From Candidatus Omnitrophota bacterium (lineage in GTDB: Bacteria > Omnitrophota > Gorgyraeia > Zapsychrales > JANLHA01): a stretch of DNA of 64,000 nucleotides. The position numbers were made by a program, and so were the translations under genes. The notes beneath the pieces are model-generated. The model saw only the letters and a list, made by a program, of their open reading frames with translations, had not been told where the DNA came from and made no database searches. Of the stretch, positions 28,260 through 37,811 are shown piece by piece. Positions within the stretch are counted from its first letter, which is position 1. Each line of letters opens with the position of its first letter. Location: positions 77,021-141,020 of the forward strand of contig JAKQKX010000069.1 of NCBI GenBank assembly GCA_029560465.1. Direction: 5' to 3'.

Positions 28260-29990
28260 TTAAGACACAGGGTTGGCATCGTTATTTTTGACGATAACGA
28301 CTCTTCTTGGAAATGGGATTTCAATGTTGTCGTGGTCAAACGCCTCTTTGATACGTTTACGCAGATCGTAGGAAACTGCCATGTGCGCGCCGGGTTTCAC
28401 TTTCGTGGTCGTCCGGATCGTGAGTTCTGATTCCCCAAAATCTTTAAGTCCGCGCACCTGTGTGGGTTCAAGAACATCCGGGTTCTCTTCCTTTATTTTT
28501 TTGCCCACTTCTTCCAGCGTGGCATATACCTGATTTAGGTCGGAGTCATAGGCCACCCCTACTTCGACAACCGCATAGATATACTTTTTGCTGTAATTTA
28601 CGATTTCGTTGATTTGCCCGTTGCGTAAAATGTACAGTTGGCCGTTCGTATGCCTTAGGCGGGTTGTCCTGATGTCGATTGCCTCCACAATGCCGCTGGC
28701 ACCGCCGGTTTCGATATAGTCGCCGACCAGGAAGAGATTTTCAAAGATGATAAAGAATCCGGAAACCAAGTCGTTAATCAACGGCTGCGCGCCGAGCCCC
28801 ACCACGACGCCGACTATCCCGGCGCCGGCGAGGATCGGGGTTGGATTCAGATGGAAGGTTTTAAGGATCAGGACAAACGCGACAAAATAGATGATATATT
28901 TAAACAGACTTTTTATCAGCGGAATAAGCGTGAGGTGCCGTTGGAGGACTTCTCCGGAAATGTCTTTTGTTTTTAAAATGAAATTGTCGATAAAGAGGTA
29001 AATCACCTCGACAGCCACCCGGCTTAAGAAAAAGATCCCGATCACTTGGACAGCTCGCGGGCCGTATTCCGCAAACCGGGCGATGAATTCCACTTGCATG
29101 GAAACGAGGGTGGCGACAATGATGTAAATGATGTATTCCAGGCATCGCCGCATCAGAGGCACGAGCCCTCGCAGGTGATCATAATATCGCAAAAGATTAT
29201 CATCCCGCTGGTATTTCGTGCTTAAAGCATCCAGGCTGTCGATCGCGGCCGTGGTGGCCTTCACGACCAGAAGCCCGATGGAGATGTATAGGTAAATTTT
29301 GAGGATGATGAGAAGAAAAGCCCCTGTCATGGCTGGCAATTTAAGAAAATGGGCCGTGGCGTAGGCGTAGGCCAGCCAGAGGGCTTTTTGCTGGATGGTG
29401 TCCAATGCCTGGAATGCTATTTCAATGCTTTCATCATTGGCTTTGATTTGTTCATAGGCTTTTGCGTGGTCCATCCCGGCCATCAGCAAAGCATGAATTC
29501 TTTTGGTGCCATAATACACCGCTGCGGCTAACCCTAGGGATTTTATCACTCCTAGGATAATATCGGCCCAAAAATGCGGGGAAATATGCGACATCCAAGT
29601 ATGAAGCTGGGATAATAAGTCTTTTTGTAGGTATATGAGCACTCCGTTTGTGAGCAACAGCCCTCCCGTGGCACAGAAAAAGATGATCTTCAGGAGCCGT
29701 GTCCCTTGGCGTTCAACGGTATGGAGAGCTTCTTTATAAGGCCTGAAAAGCGGCAGGCTAATGCCGATTTTCAACATCATCTTAAAAAGATTCCTTATGA
29801 ACAGCCCAACGAGGAAGAGAAGCCCAATTTCGCCGACGATCACAAAAGCATTTGTGTATAGAAGATGCATATGAGATGAATTATAGGTGTGGAAGGCGTC
29901 TCGGTCAAGAGATTGTAAGGATGTTTTTTTCAAAGATAGGGCATCCGAGGCGAGCGCCGGCAAAGGTGGCATTAGAAAAAGAAAAGGCAA
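28260..29990 (-). CDS. Mechanosensitive ion channel, MscS family (large multi-TM variant)
   Basis: Multiple N-terminal TMs, then the conserved pore helix and beta-domain (GAQPLINDLVSGFFIIFENLFLVGDYIE...GIVEAIDIRTTRLRHTNGQLYILRNGQI). Confidence 0.8.
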   Translation of the reverse strand: MPFLFLMPPLPALASDALSLKKTSLQSLDRDAFHTYNSSHMHLLYTNAFVIVGEIGLLFLVGLFIRNLFKMMLKIGISLPLFRPYKEALHTVERQGTRLLKIIFFCATGGLLLTNGVLIYLQKDLLSQLHTWMSHISPHFWADIILGVIKSLGLAAAVYYGTKRIHALLMAGMDHAKAYEQIKANDESIEIAFQALDTIQQKALWLAYAYATAHFLKLPAMTGAFLLIILKIYLYISIGLLVVKATTAAIDSLDALSTKYQRDDNLLRYYDHLRGLVPLMRRCLEYIIYIIVATLVSMQVEFIARFAEYGPRAVQVIGIFFLSRVAVEVIYLFIDNFILKTKDISGEVLQRHLTLIPLIKSLFKYIIYFVAFVLILKTFHLNPTPILAGAGIVGVVVGLGAQPLINDLVSGFFIIFENLFLVGDYIETGGASGIVEAIDIRTTRLRHTNGQLYILRNGQINEIVNYSKKYIYAVVEVGVAYDSDLNQVYATLEEVGKKIKEENPDVLEPTQVRGLKDFGESELTIRTTTKVKPGAHMAVSYDLRKRIKEAFDHDNIEIPFPRRVVIVKNNDANPVS

Positions 29991-30118
29991 AAAATGTAAA
30001 AAAGAATTTAAATTATTTTAAATTATTTTAAATAAATATTGTGCCGACTAGTGGTTATGACATAATAAAAATGTTTGTCCGTTCAAAGTTTTGAAAATGC
30101 TTAAAGCAGGAGATCAAG

Positions 30119-30985
30119 ATGGATTCTTTGAGATTGGCGGGGCGAAATATTCTTGTTTGCATGTGCATGTGTTTAATGTCTGTTTCTTGGTCGTGGGCGT
30201 CCGAGGATGCTTCAGCTTTCCCGTTGCGGGCGGCGTATCCTGATGTGCCTTTTATCAGCATGGAAGACCTGGCCGCTGAATATGACGACGTGATCATTGT
30301 GGACGTGCGTTCGAACTTCGAATATGACGTTGTGAGCATCGCAAAGGCGGTTCACATCCCCATTGCTTTGGAATCCTTTCTTTTCGACTTGGAAAATCTT
30401 CGGGCCAAGGACTCCTTTAAAAAATTTGTTTTTTACTGCAATGGAACAACCTGCCCGAAAAGTTATGATGCCGTCCAGCGGGCCCAAGAGAATGGTTTTA
30501 AGCAGTGTTACGTTTATGATACCGGAATTTTTGAATGGATCAAAGCCTATCCCGAAAGAGGCGTTTTGATGGGGGAAACTCCTGTTCCCCAAGAGAAAAT
30601 TATCTCTGAAGAAAGATTCCAGGCCAAGATGATTGATGATTTTGATGTTTTTCTTTTAAAGGCGCGGGAAGAAAACAGCTTGGCGATCGACATCCGCGAT
30701 CCTATTCAGCGGGATGTTATCCCGGATATCCCGTTCTTACGGAATATCCCCTTGGACCGGCTGCTGCCTCTTTTGAAAGCGGGGGAATTGAAAGACAAGC
30801 GTCTGTTGCTGCACGATAATGTCGGAAAGCAGGTCCGCTGGTTGCAGTATTACCTGGAACATTACGGTTACGAGCAATATTTCTTCCTGGAAAAAGGGGC
30901 TATTAATCCTACGATTGGCAACAGGGTTAAGGAGTCCTTGAATAAGGAGAGTTCTCTGTATTTTCTTAAAGAACTCAGTCAATAA
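30119..30985 (+). CDS. Secreted tandem rhodanese-like domain protein
   Basis: Signal peptide; first domain with active-site-like loop [11 protein letters not shown]; second domain (IDIRDP...LLHDNVGKQ) lacks a cysteine and is probably inactive. Confidence 0.5.
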   Translation: MDSLRLAGRNILVCMCMCLMSVSWSWASEDASAFPLRAAYPDVPFISMEDLAAEYDDVIIVDVRSNFEYDVVSIAKAVHIPIALESFLFDLENLRAKDSFKKFVFYCNGTTCPKSYDAVQRAQENGFKQCYVYDTGIFEWIKAYPERGVLMGETPVPQEKIISEERFQAKMIDDFDVFLLKAREENSLAIDIRDPIQRDVIPDIPFLRNIPLDRLLPLLKAGELKDKRLLLHDNVGKQVRWLQYYLEHYGYEQYFFLEKGAINPTIGNRVKESLNKESSLYFLKELSQ

Positions 30986-31016
30986 AGTATTTTTTATAAA
31001 AGGGATTAGAGATGAA

Positions 31017-32498
31017 ATGTTAGTTCAAAAAAACATTTCTTTATTTTGGAAAAAATTTGTCGGTCGAACCCTTGGTATTGTTTTTTTAGGGATAGCTGTT
31101 TTCGCGATATTTGTTTTTATGATTCAGCAAGTGACCTTAAAAATTATGGTGCAGGACGCCTATGCCCGCCTGGAAAAAAGAGGGGAATATTTTCTGCAGT
31201 TTTTTTCGCGAACAGCCGTGATGCCGATTTTGAATTTTGATTATGATTTGCTGTCAGTTTATGTTGAGGAAGCTTTGAAGGACCCATCCATCGATCATGT
31301 GGAGTATTTTGACAAGAACGGGAAGCCCCTTACGGATATCCCTGGAAAGGAAGGCCGGTCTTCCTTTAAAGAATACAGTTCTCCAATTATTTATCAAGGA
31401 GTTAACCTCGGCTCTGTCCGTCTTAGATTGAATCGGAATACCATTGTGGATATGGAGTTGAAATTTTTGCAGGCCAGAAAACGCCTTTTGTTGGGATTGG
31501 TATTGGCTTTACTCCTTGAGGGGGTGATGGTCAGCTTTTTCCTTTTGATCATGATCCGGGACTTGATCCTCCGTCGTCTTTCCTTGTTGGCTGACAGTTT
31601 TAAGAAGGTTGCCGCCGGGGATTTGCGGGCCCGGATCCCTAAGGAGGCCAAGTCTGCGGACCAGATGGATGAATTGGATATGGTTTTAGACGGCTTCAAT
31701 ACGTTTGTGGGGCAGATTGCGGCTATCATAGAAGAAATTAGGCAGACGACCCAGAAATTCGTCGATTCGACCGAGGAAATCCGGTCGCACACTCAGCAAA
31801 TTTCTATGGGGGCTGAGGAGCAGGCGGCAGGCTATTCTCAAATATCGACCTCTTTCCAGAGTAACGCCGATAATGCTTTTTCTGCGAACACCAAGGCCCA
31901 AGAGAGCCTGCGGGAAGCCCAGAAAGCAGGGCATAATATGGAACGGGTGATTAAGGCGATGGGCGCGATTGAAACAAGTTCAAAACAGATTGCGGCCGCG
32001 GTCAACATCATCACGGAGATTGCTGAACAGACCAATTTGCTGGCGTTAAACGCGGCTATTGAAGCCGCCCGCGCTCAGGTTCACGGCAGGGGTTTTGCGG
32101 TGGTCGCGGATGAAGTCCGTAAACTCGCCGAGCGAAGCGGCGCTGCCGCCAAACAGATCAAAGCTCTGATACAGGAAAACGACAAGCAGGTTGTGGACGG
32201 AGTCAGTTTGGTGATAAATTCGGGAGACCACATCCGTTTTGTTTTGGACAACACGACCCATGTCGCCCGGCAAATCAATTCTATTTCCGAAGCCACGCAA
32301 CAGCAGGCGGTGACGGTGGAGCAAGTTTCGTCGGTTACGGAATCGAATACCAACACATGCCAGGAGTTAGCGAGTTTGTCCAACGCCATTGCTTTGCAGG
32401 CTAGCGTCCTGAAGACGTTGGTGGATCAATTTAGAATTTCCGATATGCCGGTCGGCGCCAATTTTCTAAAAGATGGCAGTGCTAAAGATCGTGTGTGA
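31017..32498 (+). CDS. Methyl-accepting chemotaxis protein
   Basis: Two TMs, a HAMP region, and the highly conserved signalling domain [40 protein letters not shown]. Confidence 0.85.
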   Translation: MLVQKNISLFWKKFVGRTLGIVFLGIAVFAIFVFMIQQVTLKIMVQDAYARLEKRGEYFLQFFSRTAVMPILNFDYDLLSVYVEEALKDPSIDHVEYFDKNGKPLTDIPGKEGRSSFKEYSSPIIYQGVNLGSVRLRLNRNTIVDMELKFLQARKRLLLGLVLALLLEGVMVSFFLLIMIRDLILRRLSLLADSFKKVAAGDLRARIPKEAKSADQMDELDMVLDGFNTFVGQIAAIIEEIRQTTQKFVDSTEEIRSHTQQISMGAEEQAAGYSQISTSFQSNADNAFSANTKAQESLREAQKAGHNMERVIKAMGAIETSSKQIAAAVNIITEIAEQTNLLALNAAIEAARAQVHGRGFAVVADEVRKLAERSGAAAKQIKALIQENDKQVVDGVSLVINSGDHIRFVLDNTTHVARQINSISEATQQQAVTVEQVSSVTESNTNTCQELASLSNAIALQASVLKTLVDQFRISDMPVGANFLKDGSAKDRV

Positions 32499-32513
32499 GA
32501 GGGCCGGGGTTTT

Positions 32514-33203
32514 ATGCGAGAGATGAAATCTTATAAAATGGGCTGGATCAGTCTGGTGGCGGGATTTTTTTTGGCGGGATTTTTCTTAAACGCGTTTGCT
32601 TCTCCTTTTCCTAAAAGTTTTCCTTTCAGCGATCAGAGAGCCCTTGATGAATGGCAGGAAAAAATTTTCCGGGGCAAGGTCCTTTACACGGTCAAAACGG
32701 CCGGGCATGGACAGGGATTTCTACAGGCGCACAGCCTCAGCGCCAGCTCGGGATTGATTCACAGGCTCAAGCTGGACATTAATCGTTATCCGATGATCAG
32801 CTGGCAATGGAGGGTTAAAACGTTTCCCGGGAAAAAGATTCAGGAGACCGCCCGAGGGGGGTGGGTCGAACAGGATGACTATGCGGCCCGTGTTTATGTG
32901 ATCTTCCTCAGCTGGAATATTGCCCGGATCCAAAGCCTGGAATATGTTTGGGATGAGGTCTATCCGGAAGGAACCATCCTGCCCAGCCCTTTTTCAAATA
33001 ATATTAAGCTTGTCGTCGTGGAGTCCGGGGTGCGGAATCTTGATCAGTGGGTTAAGGAAGAACGGAATATTCACAAAGATTACCAGAAGGCTTTCGGCCG
33101 TCGTCCTCCCCGGATCGTCGGGGCGATCGCTTTAATGACGGATTCGGATAATTCTATGTCAAGCGCGGAAACCTTTTATAAAGACCTAAAAGTGGGGTAC
33201 TAA
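32514..33203 (+). CDS. Secreted protein, DUF3047-like
   Basis: Signal peptide; WQWRVKTFP...DDYAARVYVIF block recalled as characteristic of DUF3047; not verifiable here. Confidence 0.4.
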   Translation: MREMKSYKMGWISLVAGFFLAGFFLNAFASPFPKSFPFSDQRALDEWQEKIFRGKVLYTVKTAGHGQGFLQAHSLSASSGLIHRLKLDINRYPMISWQWRVKTFPGKKIQETARGGWVEQDDYAARVYVIFLSWNIARIQSLEYVWDEVYPEGTILPSPFSNNIKLVVVESGVRNLDQWVKEERNIHKDYQKAFGRRPPRIVGAIALMTDSDNSMSSAETFYKDLKVGY

Positions 33204-33204
33204 A

Positions 33205-33633
33205 ATGATCAAGAATTCTAATTTGCGAAAACGGCTGTTTGCCAATGCCATGCATAAGGAAATTTTCTTCCTGGTTTTTGGCGCGGCTATTATTCCAACT
33301 GTTATCGTCGCTGTTTCCCTGTACCATTTTATATTTTATGTGACAGCGGAACAAATCGGGATCCCGGAGACCATCGCTTATCACATTGTCCCGGCCGCGA
33401 GCAAAGTTACGGAAATGCTTTTTCTGGTTATCCCGACGGTGATTGTATTTATTTTGGTCATTGCCTACCGTATTTCCCACAGCATTGTCGGCCCGTATGA
33501 CAGGATTATTCGGGAAATGAATGAGAGCTTAAACGGCCAGCGCAGGGGCCCTATTTCTCTTCGAAAGAATGACCGTTTTTGGCCGCTGGTTTGTGCTATT
33601 AATGACATCCTTCATAAGATGGAAAATCCTTAA
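33205..33633 (+). CDS. Small membrane protein (two TM), hypothetical
   Basis: Start 2 nt after the upstream stop; two clear TM helices. Confidence 0.45.
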   Translation: MIKNSNLRKRLFANAMHKEIFFLVFGAAIIPTVIVAVSLYHFIFYVTAEQIGIPETIAYHIVPAASKVTEMLFLVIPTVIVFILVIAYRISHSIVGPYDRIIREMNESLNGQRRGPISLRKNDRFWPLVCAINDILHKMENP

Positions 33634-33773
33634 TCCCGAGTGTGTTTCTTTTGCTTTTTTCTCCCCTCCGGGAAAGGGCCTTTCCCCGGGAAATTTTTTG
33701 GAAGCCTTGGGGCGGACTTTTCCGACGGGCAGATGGGGACAGGGAAGCCGGAGCATAAAAAAATAATAAATAT

Positions 33774-33802
33774 TTGACAAAACGGGAAAAATAGTGCATA
33801 AT
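33774..33802 (+). promoter_or_regulatory. Sigma-70-type promoter for the csp gene
   Basis: -35 TTGACA at 33774-33779, a 17-nt spacer, -10 CATAAT at 33797-33802 preceded by TG. Confidence 0.6.
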
Positions 33803-33836
33803 TTCCCTCGAGTAAAGCAAGGAAAAGAGATCTTAG

Positions 33837-33878
33837 ACCGCAAGGTAGAAGGTTACTTACCTTGCGGTTTTTGTTTTT
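33837..33878 (+). promoter_or_regulatory. Leader hairpin plus U-tract (attenuator-like) inside the csp 5' UTR
   Basis: 11-bp perfect stem ACCGCAAGGTA / TACCTTGCGGT (33837-33847 with 33858-33868), 10-nt loop, then TTTTGTTTTT. Sits between the promoter and the csp start codon. Confidence 0.5.
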
Positions 33879-33926
33879 GAGTATGCCATCATTTACTCAA
33901 GTTTTATCGAAAGGAGGCACTGAGTA

Positions 33927-34127
33927 ATGGCAAAAGGAATAGTCAAATGGTTTAACAACCAAAAAGGTTACGGATTTATTACTCCTGAATCTGGCGAAGA
34001 TGTATTTGTACACCACAGCGAAATACAGGGTAATGGCTACAAGACCTTGGAGGAAGGACAGAAAGTCGAATTCGAAATCGCTAACGGTCCTAAAGGCGAA
34101 CAAGCCAAGAATGTAGTTAAAATCTAA
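33927..34127 (+). CDS. csp: Cold-shock protein, CspA family
   Basis: [21 protein letters not shown]...VFVHHS with RNP1/RNP2 motifs; 66 aa; GGAGG Shine-Dalgarno. Confidence 0.95.
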   Translation: MAKGIVKWFNNQKGYGFITPESGEDVFVHHSEIQGNGYKTLEEGQKVEFEIANGPKGEQAKNVVKI

Positions 34128-34156
34128 CCCTGAACTTAAATAGATCCGGGTAAAAA

Positions 34157-34196
34157 AGACAGAACTTCAATAAAATGAGTTCTGTCTTTTTTTTCC
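34157..34196 (+). terminator. Rho-independent terminator after csp
   Basis: Stem AGACAGAACT / AGTTCTGTCT (34157-34166 with 34178-34187), followed by a T9 run. Confidence 0.75.
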
Positions 34197-34248
34197 CTGG
34201 TTATAACAAGCGGGTTCTTATTTCCGGCACCATTGAATTTACGTCAAA

Positions 34249-34680
34249 TTGGGGGTTGTTATGATGATTTGCAGTGCCTGTTTACTGGGTGTGTGTTGCC
34301 GGTACGACGGCAGAAGCAAGCCGCATCAAGGGGTGGTGTCTTTGCTGGGGCAAGAAGCCCTTATTCCGGTTTGTCCGGAACAATTGGGCGGGCTTTCGAC
34401 TCCCCGGCTTCCTGTGGAAATCCATGACCGCCGGGTCCTGGCCCAAGACGGGACCGATGTGACACGGGCCTTTCAGCGGGGCGCTCAGGAAGTCCTTGAG
34501 GTTGCGCGGCTCATGGGCATTAGTAAGGCCTTACTGAAGCAGCGAAGCGCATCCTGTGGCTGCGGGCAGGTGTATGACGGAACTTTCTCCGGGATAATCA
34601 TCCCCGGAGACGGCGTCACAACAGCGTTACTGAAATCCGAGGGTATTGAAGTCTGGACGGAAGAATCGTTCCCGTTTTAG
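34249..34680 (+). CDS. DUF523-family protein (TudS-like [4Fe-4S] protein)
   Basis: N-terminal SACLLGVCCRYDG cysteine block and overall ~140-aa size are typical of DUF523. Confidence 0.55.
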   Translation: MGVVMMICSACLLGVCCRYDGRSKPHQGVVSLLGQEALIPVCPEQLGGLSTPRLPVEIHDRRVLAQDGTDVTRAFQRGAQEVLEVARLMGISKALLKQRSASCGCGQVYDGTFSGIIIPGDGVTTALLKSEGIEVWTEESFPF

Positions 34681-34759
34681 GCCGGGGTTCACGGAACCCC
34701 TTTGGATGGCTCAACCCGTATTTCAGGTTGGGACGCTGCGCGGATCCCTTAGCCCTTTC

Positions 34760-35926
34760 CTAAAACCAGGCGTTCCTCAGGCGGGTTTTCTCTGCCATCA
34801 GCAGTTTCATGTAGACAGTTTCCATTTCGATCATGTCGGTGTCTGATTTCCGGAGCCATTCCGAAAGCCACCCAAACCGGACTGCGATAACGAATTCGAC
34901 CAAGTAATCCCAGCTGGTATCCGGCAGGAAACGCTCTTGCCGAAGTCTGTGGATGAATTCGGAAACCAGCCCGCCGAGCAGCCCGGAAGGATGTTCTATC
35001 CCTATGCAGCCGATCATGTTGGCGGTGTCATAAATTTCCGGTTTATATCCGGCGAATTCCCAGTCGATCACTATTTTAATGTCATTTGTTGCCCAAATGA
35101 TGTTCAGGGGATGATAGTCTCCGTGACAGAACGCCACCGGGAAACTGTTATAAACATGGAAAAAATTTTTTTCCAAGAATACCATGATCGGTTGAAGCGA
35201 TTGAGCAAGCGGTGGATTGTGTCGGGTAATATTTTGAAATAACCGGAGGACGTAGTCTTTGAGCGAAAAGTGCTGCGCGGGGTTAAAGAACGGAAGTCCT
35301 TCCGTCTTGTCCTTTAATGCGATGAGAAAATCCGCCAACCGACCACCCCGCCATTGTTCGTAGAGATATGTTTGCCGGTCCAACGCGGTTCCTGGTATAA
35401 ACGGCGCGATTTGCCAGAGTTGTCCTTTGTGTTCCAGGAGGTAGCGGTTTTGTCCGTCCGGCAGGTAAGGCCGCACCCTGTTTAATCCCTGTTGTTTTAA
35501 ATAGGTTAACGTTTCGGCAATCCGGATCCTCGTTCCCCGAGATTGGGGAGGGATTTGTTCGAGAATAAAACGATCCCCCTTCGTATCCTCGAACACGGTC
35601 CGGAAAAGACTCCTTTCCGGGCTCCCTTCTATATTGATGCAGGGAAGGAGCCTTTTGACCTTTAGGCCCCAGCGGGCTGAGATATCTTCTAGCGCTTCCC
35701 GGGAAAGCATGGCGGGGCGTTCCCCCGTGACTTGAGTTGGCTGGCGGAAATCGGCGGGTAAAGGCCCGGCGGCACCGTTGATAAAACGCAAGGCGTGATC
35801 AATGCCTTTCTGACATTGATTCCCGGTGATTTTTACAGGGGCGCCGCCCCCGGCATGAATATGGAGGTGACAGCCGTTAGGGCAAGCCTGACATATGATA
35901 TTTTGGGGAGAAGATTTTGAATACAT
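34760..35926 (-). CDS. Fusion of a DUF1667-like Cys-rich zinc-ribbon domain with a phosphotransferase (APH/choline-kinase-like) domain
   Basis: N-terminal CQACPNGCHLHI...ITGNQCQKG (CxxCxxGC...GNxCxxG pattern); C-terminal kinase core with HGDYHPLNIIW and IDWEFAGY (Brenner and DxD-type motifs). Start set at the MYSKSS ATG (35926) to avoid overlap with the upstream gene. Confidence 0.5.
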   Translation of the reverse strand: MYSKSSPQNIICQACPNGCHLHIHAGGGAPVKITGNQCQKGIDHALRFINGAAGPLPADFRQPTQVTGERPAMLSREALEDISARWGLKVKRLLPCINIEGSPERSLFRTVFEDTKGDRFILEQIPPQSRGTRIRIAETLTYLKQQGLNRVRPYLPDGQNRYLLEHKGQLWQIAPFIPGTALDRQTYLYEQWRGGRLADFLIALKDKTEGLPFFNPAQHFSLKDYVLRLFQNITRHNPPLAQSLQPIMVFLEKNFFHVYNSFPVAFCHGDYHPLNIIWATNDIKIVIDWEFAGYKPEIYDTANMIGCIGIEHPSGLLGGLVSEFIHRLRQERFLPDTSWDYLVEFVIAVRFGWLSEWLRKSDTDMIEMETVYMKLLMAEKTRLRNAWF

Positions 35927-35948
35927 GGGCGCGTAGGGACGTAGGTCG

Positions 35949-37727
35949 TCAGGATGAATCCTCTTTTGATTCAGGCCCGGCAATAAAGTATTGATAGGTA
36001 AAGTCATAAAAGGTTTTCTTGAATTTCTGGCTGTCTTCCCACCGGCCTTGTTCCCGAAGCAGATTAAAGGACCGGGAAGCGTAATCTTCCGCGCTTTTCA
36101 TGTCGCCCTGCAGGACTTTCATGATGGCCAGGTTGAAATAGGCTTCTGCGTATTTAGCGTCCAGGTGAATGGCTTTAAGTAAAGTTTTTTCCGCATGGGG
36201 GAATTTCTTTTGAGCTGTGTAGGCCTCCGCCAGGCCGAAATAATAGAGGGGCATCTTGGGCTGAATAGTCACGGCGCGTTGAAAAGCTTCAACGGCTTTT
36301 TGGCTTTGACCGTCCTGAAGGTACGCTTTTCCAAGCCCGTTCCAAAGGTCGGCGCTTTGGGGGTTCGCCCTCACTTCCGCCTGGAAGAAAGTCAATTGTG
36401 TGCGCCAGTCACGGTTCCTAATAAAGGTTCGTACAAAATAAAACGTTGTGACCATCACAAGGAGGGCCATCGCGACATATTGCACCAGAGCCCTGGGAAT
36501 CATCCACTGTGCGATAGGAACAGCCCCGGTTTTTGTGGAATCAAGCCCAAGGGAGAACCCATAGGCGAGGAGCAGGCAGAAGGCCCAAGATCCGGGGTAG
36601 AGGTATCGTTCGGCAAAGAAAGATTCTATCGGAATGATGTTCGCAGCGGGCAAAACACTGATATAGAACCAGCAGATGCAGAAAAAAATCAGGCGGTTGT
36701 TTTTATAGGCCCAGACCGCGGCCGTTACGATCAGTCCCAAAAACAGGATGGCGCTGATGACTTGGGGGTCCAGGATGGATTGCTGCAGAACCGCCTGCTG
36801 GTCAAAGTCCCAGACATCTACGGCAAATATCCCTTTTGAAATGACATGTTTTATCGCCAGAGTGAAGGGGAAGAACATGATCAGGCAGTTTTTGACCTGC
36901 ACTTTTAAGATGACGAGCATTGTGAGATAGAAACTGCCTCCAAGGTAATCCCCACGCGAAATGTCTTTCAGGATCCAGAATTTGAGAGCGATATAAACGC
37001 CGGCAATCGCTAAAAATGGAAAGATCCGAAGCGCGGCGTTGCGTATTTTTTTCGTTTCCCAGGGGAAGGGAAAGGTGATTTCATGCAAAGCCCAGAGCAG
37101 GGGGATCGTCAGGCAGAGTTCATGCAGGAATATGGATAAACATGAGAATAAGAGCGCCAGTTTGTAATTCCGGTTCCATATTCGCGAGATGGGGGCTGGC
37201 CCTGGCACGAGGTCCTTGCGGGCCCGGAGGTAGTAATAGAAAGCGATGAATAGAAAGAGGACCCCGGTTGTGTCCACGCTGCCGGTTTTGGTGGCTGCGG
37301 TTTCGGTGTGAACGGGATGCAGCCCGAAGAAGACGGCGGAGAGAAACGCGATCACCCGGTTGTTCGTGACAAGGAAACTCAGGCGGTACACGTAAAAAGT
37401 GGAAAGCAAGAGAACCAGGATAGCGACCAGATGGTGCCCCAGAGGGTCGGTGCCCCAGAGAGCGTAGTTGAGGGCATGCATGAGGGTTTTCAGGGGAGAG
37501 TACACCCCTTCTTCGCCCGGAGGCTGATTATGCGGGCCGAAAAATTGAGGGAAGTTACGGAGGTCCTGGATCAGCGGCCAGTCTACGATAAAGCTGAAAT
37601 CGTCAATAATGAAGTCATGCGCCAAGCTGTTGCTGTAAGCGATAAAAGTTAACAGCAGGCAGAAAACGAGAGCCCGGAGCGGGTCCTCGGCCATGAATTG
37701 AAGAAATTTAAAGAATGAACGTTTCAT
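35949..37727 (-). CDS. Multi-TM GT-C-fold glycosyltransferase-like protein (PMT/ArnT/TMTC-like) with C-terminal TPR repeats
   Basis: Ten or more TM helices with a large hydrophobic N-domain; about three TPR units at the C-terminus. Confidence 0.45.
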   Translation of the reverse strand: MKRSFFKFLQFMAEDPLRALVFCLLLTFIAYSNSLAHDFIIDDFSFIVDWPLIQDLRNFPQFFGPHNQPPGEEGVYSPLKTLMHALNYALWGTDPLGHHLVAILVLLLSTFYVYRLSFLVTNNRVIAFLSAVFFGLHPVHTETAATKTGSVDTTGVLFLFIAFYYYLRARKDLVPGPAPISRIWNRNYKLALLFSCLSIFLHELCLTIPLLWALHEITFPFPWETKKIRNAALRIFPFLAIAGVYIALKFWILKDISRGDYLGGSFYLTMLVILKVQVKNCLIMFFPFTLAIKHVISKGIFAVDVWDFDQQAVLQQSILDPQVISAILFLGLIVTAAVWAYKNNRLIFFCICWFYISVLPAANIIPIESFFAERYLYPGSWAFCLLLAYGFSLGLDSTKTGAVPIAQWMIPRALVQYVAMALLVMVTTFYFVRTFIRNRDWRTQLTFFQAEVRANPQSADLWNGLGKAYLQDGQSQKAVEAFQRAVTIQPKMPLYYFGLAEAYTAQKKFPHAEKTLLKAIHLDAKYAEAYFNLAIMKVLQGDMKSAEDYASRSFNLLREQGRWEDSQKFKKTFYDFTYQYFIAGPESKEDSS

Positions 37728-37811
37728 AATATTTTTATCGACCGGCTCAATCGGGTCAAGGTATCATAACGAAGGTTTATATTTTATGGGAATCCTTTTT
37801 TTATCTTTTTT

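Noticed and set aside
30000-30040. Direct duplicate TTAAATTATTTTAAATTATTTTAAAT
   Set aside because: A short AT-rich duplication in an intergenic promoter region; too small and simple to call a mobile-element end or CRISPR.
33529-33843. Minus-strand ORFs (104, 73, 99 aa) across the csp leader and membrane-protein region
   Set aside because: They overlap a clear promoter and leader and better plus-strand genes; no Shine-Dalgarno or domain support.
35927-36007. 59-nt overlap of the kinase-fusion ORF with the TPR/GT-C gene
   Set aside because: The internal ATG at 35926 removes the overlap and starts just before the Cys-rich domain.
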